From Marsupella aquatica (Eukaryota; Plantae; Marchantiophyta): 64,000 nucleotides of DNA. The notes below the pieces were generated by a model. That model was not told where the DNA came from. It saw only the letters and a program-made list of their open reading frames with translations, and ran no database searches. The translations under genes and the position numbers were made by a program. This document shows, one piece after another, positions 49,526 to 60,985 of the stretch (the stretch's first letter is position 1; each line of letters begins with the position of its first letter). The stretch is taken from the NCBI GenBank assembly GCA_973895155.1, contig OZ316895.1, positions 24,433,538 through 24,497,537 on the forward strand, in the 5' to 3' direction.

Positions 49526-52500
49526 GGTTGTTGCTCTTTGCTCCCATAAAATGTACCTTGCCATTGTATTTTTTATTTATCACCATGTCACTGTTTTGTT
49601 TGTGGATTAAGAAATTTAATTAACCTAGGTTAGCTCCTTTGCATCCAATGGCTATCATCACACCCAGTTTCCTAATCAAACTGCCCGGCTGGATCTCCCT
49701 CAAGTTGTCTCTGACCACCCTTAGATCAACTGACTGGCTCAGGGGGTCGTGGCTCCCATCCTATGAATGGCCTCTGTCAACTATGCCAGCCTGTACCTAT
49801 GTGTATGTACTAGCCTTTGCCCCAGTCCTTCTCAGCAAGGTCAAAGTCACATTAAGGGAGACCCAGGCCATCTGATTGTAAAACTGATTTAGTTTTTTAA
49901 ACCCACAAACAAAATGGGTAGCATAATGAGAAATAGAATTATAAATTTAGTGGCAAGATATGTATTATGGCAAAAAGAGTGACAATCTAGTCAATCCCAG
50001 TAAATAAAAAAGTATGTAAACTTCTAGGCCACAATATGTGTTTAGTAAATCAATGCATGGAGTTACAAGATTTAGCCTGTGGGAATTTCACCTCATACTA
50101 AACCCTTCATGTTTTATTTGCTTGCACTCCATAGATGGTGCAATATAAGCACGTACAGTGCATCATTGTGGAATAGATGGGCCTCATGCTTCTACTGCTA
50201 TAGTGACATTTTGGGTCACTCAATCTACTTCTATAGGATGAGATCGTGCCATATCCCTCCAGTCTTCTTTTGTTATAAAAGTGAAAAAGTAAGCCAGGGA
50301 TCTTAAATACCAAATTCCTCCCATCTTTTGTTACAAAAGTGAAAAAGGAGGGAACAAAGTTCTATTGTTGAGTGTTATTTGAAACTCTTGAATTGAATGA
50401 GATGGGTAACCAAGATTGCTTTTACAATAATACACAAGCTATAGTACGTGTGCTAGGTACATAATATAGTATGCATATAGTACTTTTTGGCATGGAGCAT
50501 GAAAGGAGAAACAAAAGATTTACAAGAGATTGAGGGTTTTGGCATGGAGCATCTCCCTCCCTCTGCGGTATTGATCTGAGTTCATTCTAAGCTTTCTGTC
50601 AATTTTCTTCATGGAGAATGCCGGGGGGGGGGGGGGGGTGAATAAAAAAGACAATCTGTACACCGTCTTTCTCCATGTGTAGTCTTAGTCAATTGATGTG
50701 TATAAAATTGTTTTGTTTTCTCTATTGAGAACAATTACATTCAAGGTCCCTGTACAAAAAAAGTCATATAATTTAGGTTTGATCAAAACATCATGTTCAA
50801 TTTTTATGTTTTTGTCAAGTTACATTTTTGTATTCCTTGAGCTAAGTAAGAGGTATAAGATTTTAGTAGACAAATGAAACCTAACATGGTCAATATATTG
50901 GATATAAGGCCATTATAAGGAGTTAAAAAATTGTCTTATGAAAACTAAGGGGAGTTGCATACTCTGGCCTCTACAGTAGTATCAAGCCAGTGAGTGACAT
51001 CAGATGGCTTTTGTGAAATCTAGACAATAAAAATAGTTGAAATACTGGTCCTTGAGAGTAGGGTATGGTGACTGTATCTAATCAAAACACAACAATACTC
51101 AAGATTTCTGACTAACTCATCTCATGGCATCTTTACATATTAAATTCATTTTGGTGGGAAGTCTAAGTATGTGGTCTTTGGATTACAGTGACATTTTCTC
51201 ATTGAAAGACATTTGCGCCACTCAATGGGCATCCCGTATCACGAATTCAAGCCGATTGCTTAAGAAAACTATTGGTCCCCTACCTTCTGTTGGATGTCTG
51301 CTTTTGGCTTTCAAGGCAAAAAGAATGCACTGCAAACAATAAACCCTTGGTTACAGTTCCGACACATTGATGGGGCCTCATTAGGAGTCTATGTTGAAAT
51401 AGCCTGAAGTTTGCACATTGTACATAGAGAGCAATTAATGGGAGGTTCTCCCAGAACTTCTTTCTACCAACTGGCTGCCGCTGCCGTGTGAATAGTAAGA
51501 GAGAAGGACGTCCAAGTTCATGGGAGACTACATTCTCAAGAGCTGCTGTTCATTGAGAGATGGAAGCCAACAAGCTCGTTGCTGATGATGGGCTACATGA
51601 TACTAGATGAGGTTGCGAAAAGGCCAAGCCAGCCCGCCCCCTTTCTGAATGCCCCGCTTTATGCTATGCTGTTTTGTGAACTGGAATTCGGTGAAATCTT
51701 TGAAGGCCAGAGGCACGTGCTGCTGCTGTGCTCCTTTGCAACACCATGCATCATCACTGTAGCGACCTCGTAGTTTGAGGGGTGCTCCTCTGACCTCACT
51801 TTGCAACACAATCATCACTGTAGCCGGTTATCCAACCCGAAACTGGTGCACTTTTCTTGCACTGAATGAAGGAAAGGAGACAGACATGGTCACATGGAGG
51901 TAAGACATGGGTCCTCAACTCCTTATTCCTCGGCCTCCAATGCTCCATCCATCCCTTCCCTTCCTGGCCTGGCTCCCTCGCTCCGGACCTTCTCCCTCCA
52001 GCTCCTTGGCGAGGCTGCCCCGGGGACTCGGGGAGGGGAATGAGGCGATAGATACTCTCCAGCTCATCATGATTGTCGTGCTGGATCGCCTGAGTCAATA
52101 ATGGAGCCCCTAGCTGCGTATCTGGAGAGAGAGCAGGAGCAGTACTACAGCATCATCTCGCCTCCAGGCAGGGACAACATTCTTGCGCCACTGTCAAATT
52201 CTGGGTGACTGTTTTGTTGGAGCTAGAGCTCGAGCTAGTCATCTCAGCTGTAGGTCTGGAGACATTGTAGTGCAAGAAGCTGGGCGGGTACAGCTGGGAA
52301 GAGAGATCCGGGGAAGGGCTGAACCGACCGAAAAACGGGTTAAAGCCGTGGGACGAAGGCTGGCCAAGTCAGATTCAATCCGTCAGATGCAAGAGCCGAT
52401 CTGATCAAAGTGATTCTTCGATAAGAGGCATCATTCACGATCTATCCAGTTGTACTCGTGACCCGACTCGTGACAGTCTATGGAATTCGTTCCGACTCGT

Positions 52501-52824
52501 CTTACTTACATTCTTGGAAATCATTGATCAGCGGCTATTTGAGACGGTGCGTATCACTGTCAGTGGGTCGACGAGGATTGAGAATACCGTTATCGCTCCA
52601 GGTTTTGGAACATTAAAGTGCTGCAAGCTTTTAATAAGGGAAGCCTGTCAACTTCAGAATAAGCAGAGAAAGTGTTTTACTATCCGTTCGGTTCACTTAA
52701 ATTATTTGCTTAAGAACTCTTATATTCAGAATTTCGATTGATCTGGATACAGACTTACCGCATTCCATCACTGACAGTGATCACTGTTGAGGCTGGTCTG
52801 CGAGAAGCGAAGGTGGTTTAGAGG

Positions 52825-55042
52825 ATGGGGAACTTGAAACTGGTAGCTGTGATTACTTTTTGGGGATGTCTATTAGCAGTGTCGGCCCAAGGCAACAAAT
52901 TGGGTCCTCCTTTGGAATTCGATTTCTACAAGGATTCGTGTCCCCAGGTCGAGAAAATCGTCCAGGATACGTTGGCATTCTATTCTGCTCAAGACCCCAC
53001 AACGCCAGCTCCATTGCTCCGGTTGTTCTTCCATGACTGCTTCGTTCAAGGATGCGATGCCTCTGTTCTTCTCAATTCGACTACGAACAACACTGCCGAG
53101 AAAGACGCGGACATTAATTTCAGTATTGGAAATTTCTACGTCGTCGACGACATCAAGGCTCAGCTAGAACAGGAGTGCCCTGAGATTGTTTCTTGTGCGG
53201 ACGTCCTGGCTCTACTTGCTGTGTATAGTGTTAATCAGGTAAGGAATTTTGCAGCCCATATTGTGGATGTCGTTATCATATCCGGACCCCTTGATTTCAA
53301 TTCTTGGGCGGTAGCTCTTTGTTTGCGATGTTTGTGTGCTGTTTATGGAAATCTTTGTGTCTCAGATGACCCTAAGACTTTCCCCTCTTGAACATCAGCT
53401 CTGCAGCTCTGTAGACACTCTATCCCCAAATGAAGACTTCGTCCATTCAATTCGTTATCGTGTATCTGCGCCGAGTCAAGTCGATGCCCTCATTCCTTTT
53501 TTTGTTTTTATTTTATGGTCTAGATTCGAAATCAGTTTCCGATATCTGGCTCTTTTAGGGCACCATTTTGTGATCATCAGATTCCAATCTGACCGGATCT
53601 AGGCCGCTGATTCAACCAACAACATTAGCTTCTATGGTGAAGGGCATCTGGATATTGAATCTAACATTATTCACAATTTTAGCTGCCACGTTAGTAGTGA
53701 ATTGTAGAGCCGGTCTTCCCATACAAACCTGCCTAGCTTCGAGATTGCCTGCTACCTCTCGTTCTCCAGCTCATTCAAAGCAAGTGGCCATATAAGTATA
53801 ATAATTACACAATTCAATGTTCAATGTGGGATGTGGTATGTTTTATGTGTCTCGTTGGATCTGAGCAGACTGGAGGACCACTGTACAAAATTGAGTTGGG
53901 TCGTAGAGATGCTCTTACGTCTTACGCGGCAAGCTCGCAAACTTTTCTGCCCGGCTCCACCCTGAATGTTCCTGGCCTTCTGGAGGACTTCCAGTACATT
54001 GGCTTGGATCTCACAGACGTGATCACTCTGTCGGGTAAGCCCTCTCCTCTTGCTACAGCCGGCTACTATTGCTATTGTAGATATTCCTGGTGTTCATAAA
54101 TGGTGTACAAAGCACTTCCAGACATGTTCAGTACGTCCAGAGAGATTCCAGTTCCTTCAGTCGAAATGACGGTTGAAGAACTGTGGTGGGAAGTGCCGCG
54201 AAATTGTTTGCTTGTAGTTCACCACTTAGGTCTGTAGTACGCGTCGTCTTGACAATTTCCATGCCAGGGGAATTACTTCGCTTACTACTGCAGGTCAACG
54301 GACGCTTATTGTGATCTAACATGACAATTCCCTAGGCAATATGGTGGGCACTAGCTACAATGATACACAGTCTAATATCCAGCAGCTGGTACAAAATGCT
54401 CAATTCTTTATGTCTTCACAGAATCGGTTGGACGTGTGATTTGAATGGCGATTTGGTGGGCACAAGCTGATACGCAGTCTCATATCCAGCTGCTGTTACA
54501 GGATTGCTCGGATTTTGTATGTGTTCACAAATTTGATACTCATATCGCGTTGGATGTGGGACTTGGATCGGCATGCAGGTGCGCACACCATAGGCCAGGG
54601 GCATTGCAAGACCCTGACTAACCGAATTTACCCCACAGTTGATCCCGCCTACCCCCACTACTACGGTCAACAATTGTATAATAACTGCAGCGACAATGGA
54701 ACCATCAAAGCGCCACCTTTCGACACCGCTGTTCAGTTCTTTAACGATCCGATCACCCCTCTCATCTTCGACAATCAGTACTTCAAAAACCTTGAGCAGG
54801 GCCTGGGCCTCTTCAGCTCCGATCTAGCTCTCTTTACCGATCCCTCAAGCAAGGAGCTTGTTCACAAGTTCGCTGAGGATCAATCCTACTTTTTCAAGAA
54901 GTTTGGAAAGTCCCTGAGGAAGATGGGAAGGGCTAATGTGCTAACTGGAACTCAGGGCCAAATTCGCAAACAATGCTGGGTGACAAACTCGAACAATGCG
55001 GACCCTTCTTTTGACCCAATTTCGGACAACTTCGTCGCCTAG
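52825..55042 (+). CDS. Class III secretory heme peroxidase, about 347 aa
   Basis: Exons 52825-53238, 53869-54034 (the typical 166-nt exon) and 54579-55042 total 1044 nt. Signal peptide MGNLKLVAVITFWGCLLAVSA; LLRLFFHDCFVQGCDASVLL; VSCADVLAL; LGRRDA; [12 protein letters not shown]; FDNQYFKNL; GQIRKQC. All eight conserved Cys are present. Confidence 0.96.
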
Positions 55043-55520
55043 ACTGTTTACTTAGATAGAAAGCACTCGACTATTTAGATAGAAAGTAAATGATCGGGCT
55101 TGGTACATCTAAACCGATTTCTTAAATGTCGGTACAGTCGCTAGTTCTACTGATCCGGCTTTAAACACATTTGAGCATCGCAAGGCGCACAGATATTTTT
55201 CAGTAAGGAATCGACTGGAAAATATAATGATTTTTTAAATAAAAGATTTGTTTAATCCGATAATTGGTGGTCCGCCAATTTGACCTCAACTCATCTTCTT
55301 GACGGTCCCTCTGTGTGTATTGCTCTAACCATTACGAAGAGAGAGATTTCACGCGCTGTGGAGATGGAGGCAGTGGCTTTGAAGTAGGAGTCGATAGGTT
55401 GAGAATGCACATATATACGAATGTTGTTTTGTAGAGAGTTCCTCTCACTGTAAACAACTCGATGGGGACTGGGGATGATGAAAAATCCAGGGCATTTTTT
55501 TCCTCCGGAGGTACTAGCTC

Positions 55521-56385
55521 AGTAATCTCCTCAGACGTGGCTACTAGCTGACCACCATGTCTCGGTTATGTTTCCACCATCCCCATTACAATGTCGGTAG
55601 CTTCGTTGTAGCATTGTCGCCGATAGCTCACTGCAAAGACCGTGTTGTGATATTCGCCGTTCAGCAGCTCTTACGGTAACAGAAATGTGCAATTATATAT
55701 GTCAGAACGTACCAGGCAGAGACATGTAAATTATACAATTATAGTAGATCGTGACATGAACCAGCTTGGGTAAGTTCAATGATTTTGCATTCTAAATATT
55801 TGATATAATGAAACTAAGGAAGCTGCATGAGGTAAGAAGGAAAAGGAGAGAAGGGAAAGAAACAATTGCAAAAGAGTGAATGAGTTCACTTCTTGATTGG
55901 GGAGGCGAGATCCCGGGCGAGATAGATGTTATAGACAGGCAACGGAAATGGAAAATTGAAAGTAGAGGTAAGTATATAAAATCGTCAACACGACAGTATT
56001 CCATTTTCTTCTAAGCAATTTATCCCCGAAAATGGGCGGAAGAGATTGGCCACCGCACACCAGTGAGTGTTTTCAACCGATGTAGAAACTTTCTTAGTTC
56101 CGGGTGAGCGGAATATAGCTGGAATTAGCGGAATATAGCTTCGTGGAGAATTAAATTGTTATAGCTTCGTGGAGAATTAAATATAGCTATAGCGGAATAT
56201 AGCTTGTGAAAATGCTGGGGACTCGGAGAATTAAATTCTACGAACGGAGTAGTGTCCTAACCGGCCACGAATCGTTGGAATACATGTTACTTCGTCGAAC
56301 AAGGTGTGCTTGTTGTTTGTCTGAAGGGCTCCTGTGTCAATCTTGGAGTGTCAATCTTGGAATGTCAATCACCCGAGGGTGTACT
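55521..56385 (-). pseudogene. Degenerate, internally deleted paralog of the MTPSL gene
   Basis: 55521-55670 matches the last MTPSL exon (ELLNGEYHNTVFAVSYRRQC-YNEATDIVMGMVE, then frameshift and stop), and its acceptor is mutated TAG to TAA. 55720-55785 matches the last intron, about 55915-56090 matches intron 1, and 56265-56385 matches exon 1 (about 37164-37263). No exon 2 or exon 3 is recognisable. Confidence 0.85.
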
Positions 56386-56546
56386 TAATTTCATCCGATT
56401 CAAGCCTGTGTGCGGAATGGTTGCCGGGTCACACACGGACTCACAACCGACACTCTTTTCATGACAAGTGTTCCAGGCCCACAAGACTTCCTACCCAGAA
56501 TTCCCTTGTCACTGCAAGACAATAATAGGGACTCAAGCCTTGAAAA

Positions 56547-56648
56547 GACTCTTCATGGATCAGGAGTGTGCAGACAAAAAATGACTCCTCATGGATCAGG
56601 AGTGTGCAGACAAAAAATGACTCCTCATGGATCAGGAGACTGTGTAGA
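56547..56648. repeat. 36-bp tandem repeat, about 2.7 copies
   Basis: GACTC(C/T)TCATGGATCAGGAGTGTGCAGACAAAAAAT repeated. Confidence 0.9.
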
Positions 56649-59600
56649 CACATTATTGTAATGTGTCTGCCATTGTTCTCTGGGGAATTCGTAGGTGACT
56701 GCAACCAGAGGCAGAAACCAGAGGTTTGAGGCTCCCTAATGAGAACAAAATCAATTTTAAAATTATTTTGATTTTAAACAATTGATGTGGAATTGTGAGC
56801 GCTTCATATGTCCAATCTGTCCAATTTTCCTGGTACAAATAAAAACAAAATAAACTTACTCACAAAGAGCCAAGAGCCAAAAAATACAAACTCGGTAACA
56901 AAAAATGAAGAAATCAAAAGGTCTCCTGCCAGCTTTTCTCTCATCCCTTACAAAATGAAAAATAGAAGACAGCAAATCCTGGCCCTATATCAAAAACATT
57001 TTTAGCACTGTCAGATCACCCGTACATACTTTTCTCTCAAGAGTCTGCCCAAGCTTCCTCGACCTGCCCTCATCTGTATGAAGTAAAAGTGTTAATTATA
57101 AAGATATTATAAATATTAGATGAAGTTAAAAACATGAAGATTGAATATCTTTGAAATTTGTTAAATTTTCATAAAATATCTTTATTAATTGAAAATTAAA
57201 TTAAACAAATCAGAAAATTAAAACAAAAACATTCCCTTCTATCATGGGGCCATGCTTTGGACTTTATGACTTGGTGTTTGTTGTTTACTTCCTCACCCCC
57301 TTGCATTTGCACTCCATGACAACAACACTGAAAAAACTGATGCCGTTTTGCGACAACTACCCAACTAACATTTGCACCCACTACATATATGGTGACACAA
57401 AGTATTTACGCAATTGGAACAATTATAACACTTCTTTGTCTCACTTGCAATTCTTTACAATACCCCACTTTGACTAAGGAGGAAAAAAGAGCAAACTTTG
57501 ATTTTTGCTGCCAAAAAACATTTCAAACTCACTATTCTCTCCCAACTCTGGCCAATGAAACTGTTTTTGCCAAGTCTTACCTAAGCTCTCACCCCTCTCC
57601 CTACCAATTTGCACCTTCCATCCTCTATTTTGGTGTCGACCCCTGTAGCATTAGTAACACAAAAGTAGTGCAATGACAACTGTCTTATATTTGTGGACAG
57701 ATAACTTTTGTTCCGTAAAGAAAGTCACACTTTCTATGAGCCCAGTTCCATGACCTCGGGTATGAGAGTCTGACTTATATATAAGAGGTCTACCTTTTTA
57801 TGCATACTAAAAGGTTGGCTATAAGAAAATTTAAATGAATTTGGAAAAACCTGATTTTTATACATTAAATTCTTTCCATTCATGTACAAGGTTTGGTTTT
57901 CTTCTTTTTCCACATAAAATTATTAATAAAATTTCTTGTAATTTTCATTAAATCACCAAAATGCTGGCTAGTTTAGTTGTAGACCCCCTTAATTAGTACA
58001 AAAGCCATATAATATGGTTTTGATCAAGTTTCCTTACATCTAAACAGGTTTATTTTAAGTTATATTTTTGTATTCTTTACTTTACGTTACAATTTTTGTT
58101 TAATTGAGTTGTGAGGTATATTAAGAGTTCAGTAGTAAGTCTAAAATGAACCTAAGATGGTCAATTGTATAAATGATGACTGTCAAGCCAGATTTGCAGC
58201 GTCTCCAGTTTTACTCGTGGCAGTTGTGTGATCCAGAGCAAGGAATGCCTCTCCAATTGATTGGCATGGTTTTTAAACTTCTGATCAAACAAAAACCTTT
58301 TGTTGAGCTGCCAGTACCAGTCCTTCTGCAGAGCTAAATTCAGCCCATCTCGCATTTGATCCATCAGCGATTTCCAGAAGATGCATTCAGCCCATCTCGC
58401 ATTTGATCCATTGCTATCAATCCACGATGTACTTGACCTGTCACTTTGTTTGTCACAGTTGATTGAACTCTACTTCGTGCTACAGTTCGCTTACAGAAAA
58501 GCGAGCACATTACTCGAGCTGAAATGGATTCGAGATCTGCCGCTTGACAAGATATGCCCTAAAGTCTCATCACTGATTCCGGTACTCTGCATACTCTCAC
58601 CATCATGTACTGTAGTATTTTAGTGTCATCCTTTTGAAGGCGTCTATTCCTGTCAGGGCCCTATAGTCCGACAAGTCTACGATTTCAATTTGATAGCATG
58701 AATATTAGCTATCATGATGTAAATATGTGCAAGAAAAGAAAACTCTAATTATTCAGAGTGCGATATGTTCTTCAATAAGCTTAAGGTATATCTCGGCGAA
58801 TTGAAGTCAGATTGAATGTGCTTTTTGCATAGATACAGAGGATACTCGACACCAGGTTTTAGGTGGATTCATTCCGTGTTGCCTGAGCTAGGTGATACCA
58901 AGTGTTTCCACTCTCGACCATTTTGTCAAGCAAGGACAAGCCCACAAAACTATCTCCAGGTTAACTGAGCACTCGAAAGTTGCTCTAGGCACTGAACTAG
59001 ATGGAAGAACTATGTAGGATATATGGTAACGGTGAAGGATTCCGTGCCTTGGCTATTCACCCTTTACATTTTAGTTTCAACACCAGAGCTCACTGCTTTC
59101 TCCTCCGTCGCAATCTAACCTAGAAACTTCGATGACAAAAGCGAAACAATCTCGGCTGCAACTCCCATGGAAAGTCAGCCATCCTTTTCATCCTAGACCA
59201 AATATGTAGGAGCTTCAGAGTGCACTCACCAGTAATTCAGTTACGACGAGGCAGCAAAAAAGCCACCTGAGCAATGGCAGGAACACAAACATACTTACCC
59301 ACCAAATTGTTCTCGGAATCAAGGTTTTTACACTTGAATACATAATTCTTATCCTCGATCTTCAATTTAATATCACCCAAACTTTTATCGGACAATCTAG
59401 CTCTTCATTGAAGAAATTTTAATTGGACGCATTCCATCTGGAATTCGAAACAACCCTGCCAGGATATCTTCGGCCATCATTTGTACCAGATGTTTTTCAT
59501 TTACTCTGTCTTTCAATTATCAAGAAGAAAGCTCATGACCTTACTTACCAAGCCATCTACATCGTTGTTGTTGAATACCGCAACGTGTAGAGCATCCTCG

Positions 59601-60484
59601 CTCACCTAAACTGTGCCAGTTTCAGCTGAATACCTTCGATAAGTTTAGATGCACCTGGATTTGACTGAAGGATTGAAGCTAGTCTAATTTGAAAATTGGA
59701 GAGATTCGAGGGATTTTTAGCATTAAATGTGAATGATGTAGTCAATGCCCAAAGGAGAAGGCATTAGTTATGAATTTGTGGAGGCCATAGTGATTGCTTA
59801 GGTTATTTATGACTTTATTTAATCATGATTTAAATTAATCCGTGGACCCCCATGTTCATCCAAGGAATGTGTGTTTGATGAAGTGAAATCAATTTTCAAC
59901 AAGGCGGTAATCGCCTGGGTAATCGACAGTTTTGAGTCTCCCGATGATTTTGGTGTGTGCTCGTACAAAAGAAAAGTAACGCTCAAAAGATAGAGGAGAT
60001 TTATCAACGGAAGGTTGAATATGGACGAATTGAGTTTTTTGACGGTTTTTGCTTACACATTAGAGAAATCGTGTTTCTATCATTCATGATTGATCGTTTG
60101 TGAGTTACATTGAGCATTACCGCCACAAGACAACTCGGAGGATAACACTTAGCTATTGGCAAAAGAGCGCTTGTCGATTCGATGGAAAGAACACACAAAA
60201 CAAACAAGTCATCGCTTCACATGAAGGATTTGTAGTTTTTTTTTATTTAAAAAAGTTATGGTGTGAGAGGGAGACCAATGATTGTTTCTTTGACATAGAG
60301 GCTGCATTTGGTGTCAACCTATGTTCAGAGTGAGCTTCAGTTGAAGACTAGAGGAATGCAAACAATTCAAGCCGGGAAGCAAGCATTGTGGACAAGGGAT
60401 GGCGACGTAATCAAAGAAATCAATTTTCAACGGCTAAGTTTGTGACGGTGATGACATTGTGATATCTCTTAATCGAGAAAAGGG

Positions 60485-60985
60485 TTTCCAATGAGCCTCA
60501 GATTGACATATTTTGTCAAGTTCCAAATGAGTTTTTGAATTTCTTTGCCTTTCCAATGAGTGAGTATAAGAAATATTGATCATGAGTCCATGAATTCTTT
60601 TAGCTTTCCAACATGATTGAGTCCGACATTGACAAATTTTACGTCAGATTCTGTCACGTTACTAAAGAGATCATGAGGTTTTCAATCTCTCTAGCTTTCT
60701 AATGTGTGACATTGAGATTATTTGTCAAGAATTACAGAGATCATGAGTATCTGAATTTCTCTAGCTTTCCAATGAACCTAACATTGATAGATTTTGTCAA
60801 GTACTAAGGAGATGATGAGTTTTTAGTTTTACTTTAGTTTTCCAATGAGTGTGACATTAAAAGATTTTATCAAGACAATACTAAAGAGGTCACAAGTTCT
60901 AAATCTTGATCTTGAGTTTTCCAATGAATCAAACATTGACAGATTTTATCAAGTACTAAGGAGATTGATTATTTAGTTTTACAAT
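60485..60985. repeat. Degenerate satellite-like array, about 8 units of 55-90 bp
   Basis: Recurring TAGCTTTCCAATGA...ACATTGA.AGATTTT.TCAAG(TACTAA.GAGAT.ATGAGT). Confidence 0.8.

Noticed and set aside
5432-55042. A terpene biosynthetic gene cluster made of MTPSL, peroxidases and the hydrolase
   Set aside because: No P450, prenyltransferase or intact dehydrogenase is present. The neighbours are predicted for different compartments (plastid, secretory) and are separated by 11-16 kb of repeat-rich DNA. Only co-expression data could revive the idea.
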